Assembly: GCF_006345805.1 (NCBI RefSeq)
Contig: NC_043000.1
Span: forward strand, 104,966,001-105,030,000
Source: Octopus sinensis
Lineage: Eukaryota
Length of the DNA: 64,000 bases
Direction: 5' to 3'
The stretch's first letter is position 1. Every line of letters starts with the position of its first letter. The notes under the pieces are model-generated. The model made no database searches, was not told where the DNA came from, and was given only the letters and a program-made list of their open reading frames with translations. Shown in pieces: positions 51,628-64,000 of this stretch. Position numbers and translations under genes: made by a program.

Positions 51628-51975
51628 GTTGTTGTTATTATTATTGTTATCATGCGACTTTTTCCGCATTGTCAGATTACTTTCAAGGTTCTTGAAATCT
51701 CTAAATATACACGTACTTTACACCCAGTATAGCATTAATGTATCCAGTTGCCTAGTAGTACTAATTATATAATTTACACTTAGTGTGATTACTTTTCTTC
51801 ATTGTATTATTTTTAGGCAGTGAGCAGACAGAATCGTTAGAGTGTCGGACAAAATACCTTACGGTGTATCATCTGACTCATTACATACAGAGTTTACATT
51901 CCGCCAAGGTCAACTTTGCCTTTTGTCCCCTCGGGGTTGACGAAATAAAGTACCAGCCAAGTACTAGGATCGATG
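51249..51975 (+). mobile_element. Cluster of SINE family B copies with an (ATT)n tract
   Basis: Heads at 51249 and about 51817, a tail fragment at about 51490-51580, and (ATT)n at 51582-51648. Confidence 0.75.
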
Positions 51976-52017
51976 ATGTGTGTGTGTGTGTGTCTGAGTA
52001 TGGGTGTGTGCATATAC

Positions 52018-52064
<47 letters not shown>

Positions 52065-52244
52065 TTTTGTTTTCTTATTGCACTAATTACGTTCTCCTTG
52101 TTTGCCATTAAATGTTTTTCTTGTCCCAATGTCATTAGTTTCTTCAACAGTACACATAGAACCTTGTCAACAGATTACCATCTTCAGATTTACTGACAGC
52201 GTATCTCACCAAACTCTTAGAATTTTTGCAGATTAACGGATGCC

Positions 52245-52399
52245 TGTTTGGTATGATGGTAATTATGGTGATGATGGTGGTGGTAATGATGATGATGATG
52301 ATGATATTGAGTAAACATCGTCATAATCATGATGATACTGACGAAGACGTTAATATAGAGGCAGCGACCGTAGTGACGACGACGACGACGACGACGACA

Positions 52400-52434
<35 letters not shown>

Positions 52435-52435
52435 A
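52245..52435. repeat. (GAT/GAC)n trinucleotide tract
   Basis: Read directly. Confidence 0.9.
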
Positions 52436-54114
52436 CTACCAAAAGTAATGATACGGCATTGTGAGAATTCAACGAGAAGACTGAGACAGATGGTTGGGTT
52501 TTTTTCGGATTTTCCTTGGTTGCTGCTTGTTTTTATTGTTAATGGCAACCATTAAATGAACAAGTTTTATATAATGTGATTAGTTTTCTCTGAATAAAAC
52601 TATTTCACTTCACAAACCGAACGTCCCTCAGAAACCCAAGAGTGCTACCAGGATCACTTTCTCTCTCTCCCTACTCCCCATACTGTTTTCTTTACCCTCT
52701 GCGTACTCTATTTTTTTCTTTTTGCGTAGAATAAATGGCATTTTGTTTCTGCCTAATTAAAGCAAGAAAAAGCAATTGAATCATATAGCGAGTGAACTGG
52801 TTGCTTAAGACGGACGAGACCTATCACTTTCAATGTCTCTTTAGTATCTTAGCATAAAAGGAGAAAATGAAAAACGTAAAACATATGTAGTTATAGCAAA
52901 GTGTGGAAATAGAATTTAGATTGCGATATTGCTAGAAATATGGTTAAGCATATCAAGACCTCATCTCTGTAACATAGCAGTTTTACTGATAAATGAACAA
53001 GCAGTGCTTTCTTTATGATCATTGAAATATTTTCGCTCAGCATTGGAACTTAACGCATCATTAAGGTAACTGTACAGTAGTACACGTGGTAAGCACTCTA
53101 TATGTCGAGTTTGCCAACTAGTTTCTAATCCTAAACTAAACCAATTTATATCACCTTGATCTGTTAATATTCTTGCGTGCATCAGCATGGCTGCAGCTTT
53201 GAGCTGAAACTACAGCAAAAAAAAAAAACAAAAAAAAACAAACAAATACATGGCTATTACAGTTTCTTTTTTCTTCCCTCCAAATATTTGTAACGTTTGG
53301 ATAACGTCAAAAAACGATATTTTTCATTGAAGAAACCAAAGCAAACCCTGTTGATACGACAAGGAGCTGTATTTTATACCCAATGAGATGAGTGCAGACT
53401 GAAAACCCCCAATCAATACTAAAATTCATTAGAACACCAGTTTCCTTTTTTTTATATTTCAGTGAAGTTTATTAATTTTTCAGCGATATTAAAGTATTTT
53501 AACATTTATTAGTCAAATTTCATTACTGTTCATGGTTACTAGATCCATTTAGCATAAGAGAGCATTCATGTTTTAAGATTACCTGAAAGTTCCAAAAACA
53601 CCAGAGCTCATTTATGATGACCAAGATTCTGTTTTTACCAGATAACTTTTAAGAGATTACACCTATAACAGCCTTTTTAATGCATCAGAGTTTTCCCCAA
53701 CTGCCATAGATTCTTCGTAGTTACTAGAACTCTTCAAAGATTACTAGAGTTTGTTCATGATTATCATAGGTTTTTCATGACTTATAACTGAAAATTGTAT
53801 ATATTAAAAGTTTTGGCCTTAATTTCTATTCGGTTAAACGACCGTACCCACACACACACATACAAACGTGAACATAAAATGCGCTATGTATCTTCAAACA
53901 ATATTTCAGGACTGCAATTCTTCAAGGCGGTTCCCCAGCATGGCTGAAGTCTAATGACCGAAACAAGTAAAACATAAAATATAGTTATATTTCGGAACGG
54001 TCAATTTTTTTCTTGCCGAATAAATACACGAACAGGAGGAGACACGTGGGATGGAACAGTCGCTGAAGAGGTCACAGGTGTGTGCCGAAAGTTTTCTAGA
54101 AATGGATATAAAAT

Positions 54115-54425
54115 AGTTAATATTTATCCAAAAACAAAACCGTAGGGCTCTTATAATGGTGTACTTACTGAAATATTGACGAGACCACCACCTGTCGTCC
54201 GCAATGGAATTGGCTAAATCTATCCATCTCTACAATTGGGTATTTACATATCCCTTGTAACGGCCTTAACATTTGCCTTTGGTTCAAATATAATTGACCA
54301 ATTGTAGAGACGGATAGACTTTGGTCAATTCCATTGCGGACAACAGGTGGTGATCTCTACAATATTTCAGTAAGTACACCCTTATAAGATCCCTAGGTTT
54401 TTGCTTTTGGATAAATATTAACTAA
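54115..54425. repeat. Palindrome with ~135-bp arms and ~35-nt spacer
   Basis: GTTAATATTTATCCAAAA..GTGTACTTACTGAAATATTG..CCGCAATGGAATTG..CTCTACAATTGG is mirrored at 54285-54425. Confidence 0.9.
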
Positions 54426-54918
54426 CCCTATTTACGATATCATAAGTACTATTCTTTTTCTAGAGATATTGGTAATTCTTGTCTTATTTTAGTACTAACT
54501 TCATTTCACTACTATTCAAACACCCTAGTTCCCCCTTTATAGAGAAATAACCCGTAAATATTTCCCTAGTTCACTGCTAGTTCACGCTTTGGCCTATCAA
54601 CTTCAAAGCTCCACGCTACAAGTTGGTATGATTTTAATATATTGAGCCTTCTGGCCTGTTCTCGAGGCCCTGTTCTTTCCTTTTCCCTTTTCCCTTCGTT
54701 TATTTTATTTTACGCATTTGTATTCACTCTGATGAAGCTCCATGTACTAGATCGAATGTGCTATGAAGATGACGAATATCTTTTCGGAATTTCTTTTGTA
54801 AGCACCGACTAACATTGGAAGCGGAAACGACCGTAAGAAATGTTATGTCATGTTTTGTATTAAAAAAAAGTTTTTTTTTGTTTGGTGATCAAGATTTTAC
54901 TCCATTTTCTAATTATTT

Positions 54919-54960
<42 letters not shown>

Positions 54961-55014
54961 TTAGTGAAGGGAAGAAATGGAGCTGAACGAAGATTCTACA
55001 GAATTCCTTTTATT

Positions 55015-55100
55015 ATTTTCTACACATGTTTCAAAGGCCGCAAATTTCCAAATTCGGACTGAATAAGGAGACCATTTTGCAGCTTTCTCTTCAGGAAAAT
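55015..55100 (-). ncRNA. Type I hammerhead ribozyme motif, structurally complete
   Basis: RNA: AUUUUC CUGAAGA GAAAGCUGCA-[35 nt]-UGCGGCCUUU GAAA C AUGU GUA GAAAAU. Stem I is 6 bp, stem II is 10 bp (1 mismatch), stem III is 2 bp, and the cleavage triplet is GUA. Confidence 0.8.
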
Positions 55101-55154
55101 CCAGGACTTTTGAATAATCCTTAACAAGATAACTTCACTTATCCATTTCAATAT

Positions 55155-55216
<62 letters not shown>

Positions 55217-56085
55217 CATATTCGTATTCTCTCCTCAAGAACCCAAGTTCAACCATAATTTGCTCTAAGCGGGTTGGTACGTATCCAGTTGCTGCAATAA
55301 TAATAATAATCATGAAGCTGAAAGTGTATCTATAGAACTGGATTGGCAAACAATTTCTCTGTATGTATGTATATTATATATTTCAGCCGATGGTATGTAA
55401 TTTGAGGGAGTTTTGGTCGCTATTCCTCGCTGGCTGGTCTATGGTGTTTTGATCATGGTACACCTTGTGCAAGGACGGGATAAGCAAACTGCAGAGCACT
55501 TTACTTCTTGCCAACTATTAACGATTTTAACATCACGGCCATCTTAGTTCTCTCACAGAGCTTACGTGAACAAACACTTTAAATAAATGAAACACGCACA
55601 CAATAAAGACTCAAAACAAACAAGGGAAAAAATGTATGATATTTATTATTATAATTATTAATATTATCATTTTGTTTATACTTATTTACCGAATTAAAAA
55701 AATAAATAAATAGATAATATCCGTTGTTTACTTTTTTGAAAGGATTATCAATGGTGGGAGTAAGAGACAAGGGGGGAGGTTGCATTCAATTGAAAATAGT
55801 TTAAAGTATTATTAAAGTATATATGTGAATGTCTACATGTGTGTATGTGTTTGTGTGTGTGCGTGTATGTGTGTGTGTCTGTGTCTGTGTGTGTCTCTGT
55901 GTGTGTGTGTTTGTACGTGCGAGATAGAGTGTGTCTGCATACGCGTTTCTGTGCGTGTCTCGAAAAGACAGACAGAGAAACAGAGAGCAAAGAGCCCGTA
56001 TGTGTGAATGTGTGCGCATGGGTGGGAATGGAGAAGACATTAAAGCATATAAATGATGAGTGAGATAGTGAATAAAGAGAGGGAG

Positions 56086-56133
<48 letters not shown>

Positions 56134-56344
56134 AAATATGTCATTGTAGCTTACTAATAGAGGGAAAAAAGTTATTCGATTAGAACTCATACGTCACCTT
56201 GAGAGTGAAGGATTTCTGATGTCCGTATTTGCGTGTAGATAAAAAGTAAATATACAACGAATAGTGGGGGCGGGGATATAACTGCCACATCACAACGAAT
56301 TGTATAATATAGTGTTTATAATATAAGTGCATTCAAAAATATAT

Positions 56345-56365
56345 TCATACATGCATACATATATG

Positions 56366-56416
<51 letters not shown>

Positions 56417-56517
56417 AATGATATAGATATATATGTAATATATATATATATGTGTATATATATGTATATTATATATATGTATAATCATATACATATATAT
56501 ATAGTGATATATATATC

Positions 56518-56552
<35 letters not shown>

Positions 56553-56950
56553 TATATATATATGTGTGTTGTGTGTTGTGTGTGTTTGTGTGTGTACACA
56601 CATATAGATATGAATATAGCTATAAATATAAATTTGTATACATACACATATACGTACATATATACATTTATATATGTATGTATGTGTGTGTGTATGCGTG
56701 TATGTATGTGTATATATATATGTATATATATATGTATGTATATGTATATAAATAATGAATACGTGGTATGACATGCAATATATGTCTGTTTCCCTTGGTT
56801 CTTCAAATATATAGAGACAGAATGCTACATATACCCACATACAATTATGTATATACATATACATACATATACAAATACATACACCCACACCCACACACAG
56901 ATATACATATAGATAGATAAACAGATATGTAGACACATATATAATATATA

Positions 56951-56986
<36 letters not shown>

Positions 56987-57242
56987 TACATATCTAAACA
57001 TTTACATTTATACATCCATATGCTCACACATACAGAAATATACGACATATCTTTCCATTATTATATGAGCTTATAGGTATGTGTGCCTGTGTATTATGTA
57101 TTTATGTAGATACCTGTCTACCTGCCTGCAAATATATATATGCACACACACATATATATATGCACACACACACACATATATATGCACACCCACACACAAG
57201 CTTTTAGGTCTGTATGAATGTGTATATATATATATGTATTAT

Positions 57243-57284
<42 letters not shown>

Positions 57285-57468
57285 TAGATAGATAGATAGA
57301 TAGATAGACATATATATATATATATATAAATATATATATAATAATGTAACAGTTTAGACAATATGCATGTGTGTGCGTGCGTGTGTGTGTGTACGTGCAT
57401 AAATAGGTATACATACACAAACAATGTATATGCAAATGTGTGTACACATGTGCGTGCGTGTGTGTGTA

Positions 57469-57550
<82 letters not shown>

Positions 57551-57979
57551 GTGTAGGTACATGTCCATTTGCTATTTGCAAAAGTTGAAGTTCTTTCCAT
57601 ACGTTTTCTTTGGTGTTCAAATATGATGTTGAGAATATTAAGGCTCTTGGCAGTTATGAAATGTTTTTATGAGCACATCAATCAGTTTAGTGAGTTTATA
57701 TAATTGCTATATCATAGTGGTGCTGCTGCTGTTGTTGTTTTTGTTGTTTTGTGGCTGACAACACACTCAGCAGTTGCATTGATTAATGTACATTTAAATA
57801 TACATGTATCTGAATGAGTTTTGCAATCTACTAGTGCATGTGCATATGTGTGTGCGTGTGTGTGTGTTTGTATGTTTGTGCGTTCCTGTGTGTGTGTGTA
57901 TGATAATATGAAATTGTATATATGCAATGCATATATGCACGTTTTGATATTTTTAAGTAAGCACACACATATATTTATA

Positions 57980-58033
<54 letters not shown>

Positions 58034-58046
58034 ATATATATATGTA

Positions 58047-58145
<99 letters not shown>

Positions 58146-58849
58146 AATATATATATATATGTATGTATGTATATATTTGTATGTATGCGTGTGTATGTAT
58201 GTATGTGTGTGTATCTATGAGTGTATGTAGAAATTTACATACTACATATCGCTACCCCTTGAAGAAAGAAAACTGAATATATATGAGTGGTGTATGTCTT
58301 TATTGACGTAAATGAAAGTACAATTCCTGGCCAGTTTCATTTCAAAGACAGTTTTCATCTCAAAAGGAATCACCGGACTGATTCTCTTTGAGATTAAACT
58401 TGTCAGTCACTGTGACGAATTTTACCTTCAGTCCCTCGTCTCTATATATACACATCCGCACACATCCTTCCAGGTATACATACATATGTACGTACATACA
58501 TACATACATACATACATACGTACATACATACATACATACATACATACATACATACATACATACATACATACATACATACATACATGCATGCATGCATGCA
58601 TATACACATACATGCATGCATGCATATACACATACATTTCAAAATGCAAAGAGCCGATATAGGTTCTCTTTTTCTTCTAAAATCTTGATAAAGTTTTTGT
58701 TTTTATTCTTTTAACCGAAATAGAAGAATTATATATTTTCAGTTAAAAATTAAATTTGTATTCTTATTTATAGTTAATATTTACTTCCCAAATTGAAGTG
58801 GCCTATAAAACACTCTTGTGTAATACCTCACATTATTCTTGCATATATA

Positions 58850-58938
<89 letters not shown>

Positions 58939-59209
58939 TATTATATATATATATATATAATTATATCATATATAATATATATATTATATATATATATATA
59001 ATATATACATATATATATACATATATACATAATAAATACATATATACATATATATATATACATATACTATATATTTAACACGTACACACACACATACTAC
59101 ATACATATACACATGGAATATACATACACATATATATGTTTATATATTTTTATATACATATATATTAATATGTATATATATATATATGTCTATATATATA
59201 TATAAATAT

Positions 59210-59277
<68 letters not shown>

Positions 59278-59280
59278 TCG
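56345..59280. repeat. Large compound microsatellite field (TA/TG/TACA/GATA) with short unique spacers
   Basis: Read directly; accounts for all ORFs listed in this interval. Confidence 0.9.
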
Positions 59281-59480
59281 AGTGAAATCATGACCGACGA
59301 TTAAGGAGATAAATAACACAGTTCTTCAAGCCGCCCTGTTGTATTATAATTCAAATTGTTTTCAGTTTTAATCCAACGTGGTAGCCCGGCGAACTACAAA
59401 GATTTTGGCATGAAGGAAGTGAAGTCGTAGACTTCGGGATTAGTTTCGTTTGACCTAGTATACATGCTAACGTGCACGCG

Positions 59481-59559
<79 letters not shown>

Positions 59560-59798
59560 GAGCACACATACACACACGCATATATACATAATAAAATGTC
59601 AGCGTATCTTATTGGTGTCAGTATGTCTGTGTGTGCATATGCGTACAACAATCATCTATTTTGCTAATTCAAAGTGTATTAAACGCTTATAGATGCATTT
59701 TATGCGCGTATGCACAATAAACGTATGTATGTAAAAATATATATATATATGTATACACGTATGTATGCATGTATGTATACGTATATATGTGTATATAC

Positions 59799-59830
<32 letters not shown>

Positions 59831-59858
59831 GTATTATACACACACACAACACATACAC

Positions 59859-59913
<55 letters not shown>

Positions 59914-60868
59914 TATTATATATCTATATATATATATATATTATATATACATATATATAATGTTATCAGAGTGTGCAGGTGTGTGTATATGTGTGCTATA
60001 AGACAATGAATTATAATTTATGATGCAGGTGCTTCTCTTAAAACGCCATATTTATGCATATCTTGGTTCTTGATGTTGTTATTTTTGTTCAGTCACAAGT
60101 CAGCCCTGATCAAACAAACTTGTAATCAAAAGCATAACACCTATGACCATCCCGTCTGTTATTTTTCGTCCAAATGTTGTATACTAAGGATTACATTACC
60201 GAATGCATCCTTCCTTTTTTAAGATGGTAGCGTACAATAAGATGGAGATTTGTCTGCTCTTGCGAGCAGATCGAGCGACCTTATAGTGGTCCCCTCAATG
60301 ACTCAGTATTTGCAACAGTTATTATTTATTTCAGGGCTCTAGTGGTTGTTGTGTGGTAGGGATTGGTGGCACTTGATAGTGGTAATGATAGTGCTGGTGG
60401 TGGTTTAAGTGGTGGTGGTCATCGTGCTGTTTGGTAGAAGGTTTAGTTGGTACGATTACTGTGGTACTGGTGTTAGTTGTAATTATTTTGGCATTGTCAT
60501 CTTCCCTACGTAGAGGCCTTTTGTAAATGCTATAGTATTTGTATTTAGTAATGGTAGTTATTGAGCTGGTAAATAGCAGTTAGTAAGTTAGGAGTTGGTA
60601 ATGGTCATAGAACTGGCAGTGGTTGCAGTGCTGGGATTATACTAGCAATAGTAGTAGCTGTTCTAGTAGTATTAATTGTAATAGTAGGAGAGTTTGTAGT
60701 TGTAGTAGTAGTTGTTGTAACAGTTGTGAGAAGTAGTGATTTTTGATAGTAGTCCAACTATCTGTTGATTGCCAAAGGTGAAAATAGTGTATGGTTTGTT
60801 GGTTGGTTGATTGATTGGTTGGTTGGTTGGTTGGTTGGTTGATATGCTCAAAACTGGCTTGTTAGTAA

Positions 60869-61062
60869 TCAGTTGTAGGATGTCACGTGGCTTTCGAAAG
60901 CGTAGATGATCGCTGTAAAGAAACTAACCACACATGCCCCGACTCCCAGCCAAAATGACCAACAAATCATGGCTTGCGAGGTCTCATTCCAAGTGATGGC
61001 CGCGTCGTATTTTTTATTCATGGCGATTCCATAGATTACAAGGCCGATTGACATAAAAACCA
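60869..61062 (-). CDS. Terminal coding exon of a claudin/PMP22/EMP/MP20-superfamily tetraspan membrane protein
   Basis: Polypyrimidine tract and acceptor TTTTCTTCTCTCTTTGCAG| (phase 1), then an open frame xVFMSIGLVIYGIAMNKKYDAAITWNETSQAMICWSFWLGVGACVVSFFTAIIYAFESHVTSYN*. It has two hydrophobic helices, a WSFxL motif typical of TM4, and an N-E-T sequon in the loop. No upstream exon was found in 61063-64000. Confidence 0.75.
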
Positions 61063-61149
61063 CTGCAAAGAGAGAAGAAAACAATGGCAATAAAAAGGTG
61101 AAACAGTATAAACTGGTGAAGATAAATAATTTTCAATTTTCGCCACAAG

Positions 61150-61275
61150 GCCAACAATTTTGAGGGAGCGGGTAAGTCGATAAATTCAACCTCAGCGGCA
61201 TTTGAACTCAGAACGTAAGGACGGACGAAATATCACTATGCATTTCGCCCAGCGTGCTAACGATTCTGTCACCTC
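61150..61275 (-). mobile_element. SINE family B fragment
   Basis: Reverse complement of GGTGACAGAATCGTTAGCACGCTGGGCGAAATGC..GTTCTGAGTTCAAATGCCGC. Confidence 0.75.
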
Positions 61276-61303
61276 ACCTAACAACAACAACAACAACAAT
61301 AAT

Positions 61304-61359
<56 letters not shown>

Positions 61360-61439
61360 TAATAATAATCCTTTCTACTATAGGCACAATGCTTGGAATT
61401 TGGGATAAGGGCGTGAAAAGGCGTCTGGCGCCTTCAAAT

Positions 61440-62340
61440 AAACAGTGTTAAGAATAGGTTGAGTTCGTTAGCCTTGGATGACAAGCAGACTACAAGGGTC
61501 ATTCTGATGCCAAAGCCAAGGAGCAAGGCCTCTTTTGCTCTGATGGGCAACCTTATTAGAGGTGGTGTCTCAATAAAAATACTGGTTGGTGGCAACCCAA
61601 TAGCACACCTCATTTACGAGTGAAAATGTTAAACAAATCCCATTGTACAGCAGGATGGGTCCAGTCGTAATCTAATAACTGTTAATCATGCAGCGAGGCA
61701 AACGTGGAGTAAACAAATTAATATAATGGCTATGGATTGTTGCTTTCGGAGCATCCCAGTAGATGCAAATAGCGTACCAGTCAGAGGATACAGATAATGA
61801 ATGCAAAGAGAATGGAAAGGGATGAAGCTCTCTGAAATCACAGAATAGAGATTATGTGATCAAGCATGAGCAATACGAAAGAATGTTTGTCAGAGTTGGA
61901 GTTAAAAGCTATCAAAAGAAGGATATCTGGGGATGTTGAACACATGAGAAATGAAAGTAACATAATGGAAGAAATAGACGTGAGTAGTGAAAGAAGTGAG
62001 ATAAGAGAACAATTAAACGGTGAAAATCAAATGATAATGAACAGGGCTGTGGATCTATTAAATGCAAATGGAACAGAATTTATATGTGGCTTCAAGAAGG
62101 CTGATCAATGGAGACTAAATCAAGAAACAAGTGAAGCCAATAATGTATTGAAATGGATTGAAATAAAGAACGTCTCGCAAGCAAACTCATCAAGCGAACT
62201 TTTAGTTGAAATATGTTTGAGACATTTCAACTTCTAAAGGCAAATCCACTGCAGTTATCGAGGATAAAAAAATCTCTATGGTAGAAGGTGATTTTAGATT
62301 TCTGAAGAGAAGTATGGTGGGTTTAAAAACTGAGTTGACA
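61440..62340 (+). mobile_element. R4/Dong-type element, 5' UTR and N-terminus only
   Basis: TWSKQINIMAMDCCFRSIPVDANSVPVRGYR**MQREWKGMKLSEITE*RLCDQA*AIRKN..LSELELKAIKRRI..GFKKADQWRLNQETSEANNVLKWI. Confidence 0.78.
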
Positions 62341-64000
62341 TCATGCAGACAAAGTTTGGGCACTCTAAGCATCAAGAGATTCTCAGATCCGTTTTTTACG
62401 CAGAATTTTCAACCCATATACCCTTAAAACTTATACCTCTCTTATGTAGATATCTTCTCACCATTCTCCCACTCCCTTCTCGGTACACAGCTATCCTAAC
62501 CCTACTTTTTGGGTAGTTAACTTAATCTGTCGTCCGGTCTCACATCGCTATGTGTTTCTTGAGTGCCTTTTCTTCTTTCCTTCCTTCCTTCCTTCCTACA
62601 CACAAGTCTTCCGCACATTACAAAATACGATCTTAAACAATAGGAGAAACAGTGCTTGAAACATTGGATGGCCATGACTGGAATATCTTTGTTCATTGAT
62701 ATGCTCTTTCAGGGATCGCCATGTACCATAGTTACAACAGTAAGCAATCTATGCGGTATCGCGTATTCTCTTAGAAATAGCAGCCATATCACCCTGAAGT
62801 TACTGTATCATCCTAGAAATGAGGACAGGCCAAACCAATGGGGGCATCTACATGATGTCGCTCGACATTCTAAATGTAGCAGCAGCCAAATCTCTTTCGG
62901 ATCGTATCCTGACCTCATAAAAAATTGGTGGGAAAGGCGGACACATTAAATGACGTAGTCCTACCAATTTCATGATACGATGTCCACAGCCGTAACACCC
63001 TTGACTATTGGTCAACTCAATCAGAAATAATCTCCTGGGACAAAACAGAAATATCAGCAACAACAACAGAAACGGAAACAACAATTTATTCGCTGTTTCA
63101 TTCCATCAGAAATGTTTTGCCAGATTGTTAAAAATGTTGTATAAATTAATAAATAGATAAGAACATAGTACTTAACCATAGCGATAAACAATGAAAAATG
63201 TATGAGACGTTTAATGGAGGAAGATAACAAAAATAAACAAAATAAGAAGCAAAAGGGAGAAGAGATTTCTTAGTCAAAATCTAAGTATGTAAGCGTGCGC
63301 ATGTGCGGGGAGGTGCATGTGCGCGCGTGTGTGTGACTGAGAGGGGGAGAGAGAGAGTAGAGCGAGAGAGCGAGAGAGAGAGAGATAGATTTATGTATGT
63401 GTATGCGCTTTTATTCGTGTATGTGTATGTGTGCGTACGTGCGTATGCGTTTTTGTGAATTTCTGTGTATTTATGTATGTGTGTGTGTGTGTGTGTGTTA
63501 GTATGTTTATTTGTGTATGGACGCGTACGTATATTTAGATGGTGTGTTTGTGTACTGTGTGTGTGTATGATTGTATATGCGTGCGTATGTGTGCATCTGT
63601 GTTTACGTATGTCTGTATGAGTGTATGTATATGCATAAATATATTTGCGTATGCGTGTATGCACGTACTTGTAGGGATTTCTCTCTCCTCTCTCTCTCCC
63701 TCTCACTTTCTTTCTCCTCTCTCCCTCCTTCCCCCTCTCTCCCCCTCCTTCTCTGCGTGTGTATGTGTGTGTGTGTTTATTGGTGTATGTAGAGCGCAGT
63801 TAATTTGTTGCTAGTAGGAGTGTAAGCTGAAGGCGCCACACTAATATCAAAACAGACTAAAAGACGGCAGACAAATTGGCAACCAAAGTTTATTTCAGTC
63901 TTAAATTAACATATTTATTTATCTATTATTTATTTGCTTGTTTATGTCTTTAAATATTTGCATATACATTTTAAAGTCAAATTAGTAAATTAAGATGTAA

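Noticed and set aside
62620-63084. Candidate upstream exon of the claudin-like gene (acceptor-like TTTTGTCCCAG; ORFs 62848..63084 and 62656..62949)
   Set aside because: No frame gives claudin-like sequence or a phase-compatible donor, and the region contains the GGCTGCTATTTCT repeat family seen at 8996, 15400 and 16010.

Overview
Repeat-saturated, AT-rich animal genomic DNA. The SINE families and microsatellite load look like an octopus (coleoid cephalopod) genome; this is inferred from remembered repeat sequences, not from a search. Nearly all listed ORFs are translations of microsatellites or dead transposons. Only one host coding segment is supported: the terminal exon of a minus-strand claudin/PMP22-superfamily gene (61062-60869), whose other exons must lie beyond the window. 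Mobile DNA includes tRNA-derived SINEs (three main families, some as tandem multimers), seven R4/Dong-type retrotransposon relics, a HERO-like 3' end, an RTE/BovB-like LINE, mariner, Tigger, Chapaev-like and hAT elements, and two Helitron-type elements. The most unusual signal is a set of non-coding elements with Penelope-type hammerhead-ribozyme (HHR) motifs and fold-back structure. The best case is a head-to-head dimer of [tRNA-like head + microsatellite + minimal hammerhead tail] flanked by one 13-bp direct repeat (37469-38325). A second is a structurally complete type I hammerhead at 55015-55100. Boundaries of decayed elements are approximate, and all alignments and folds were done by eye.
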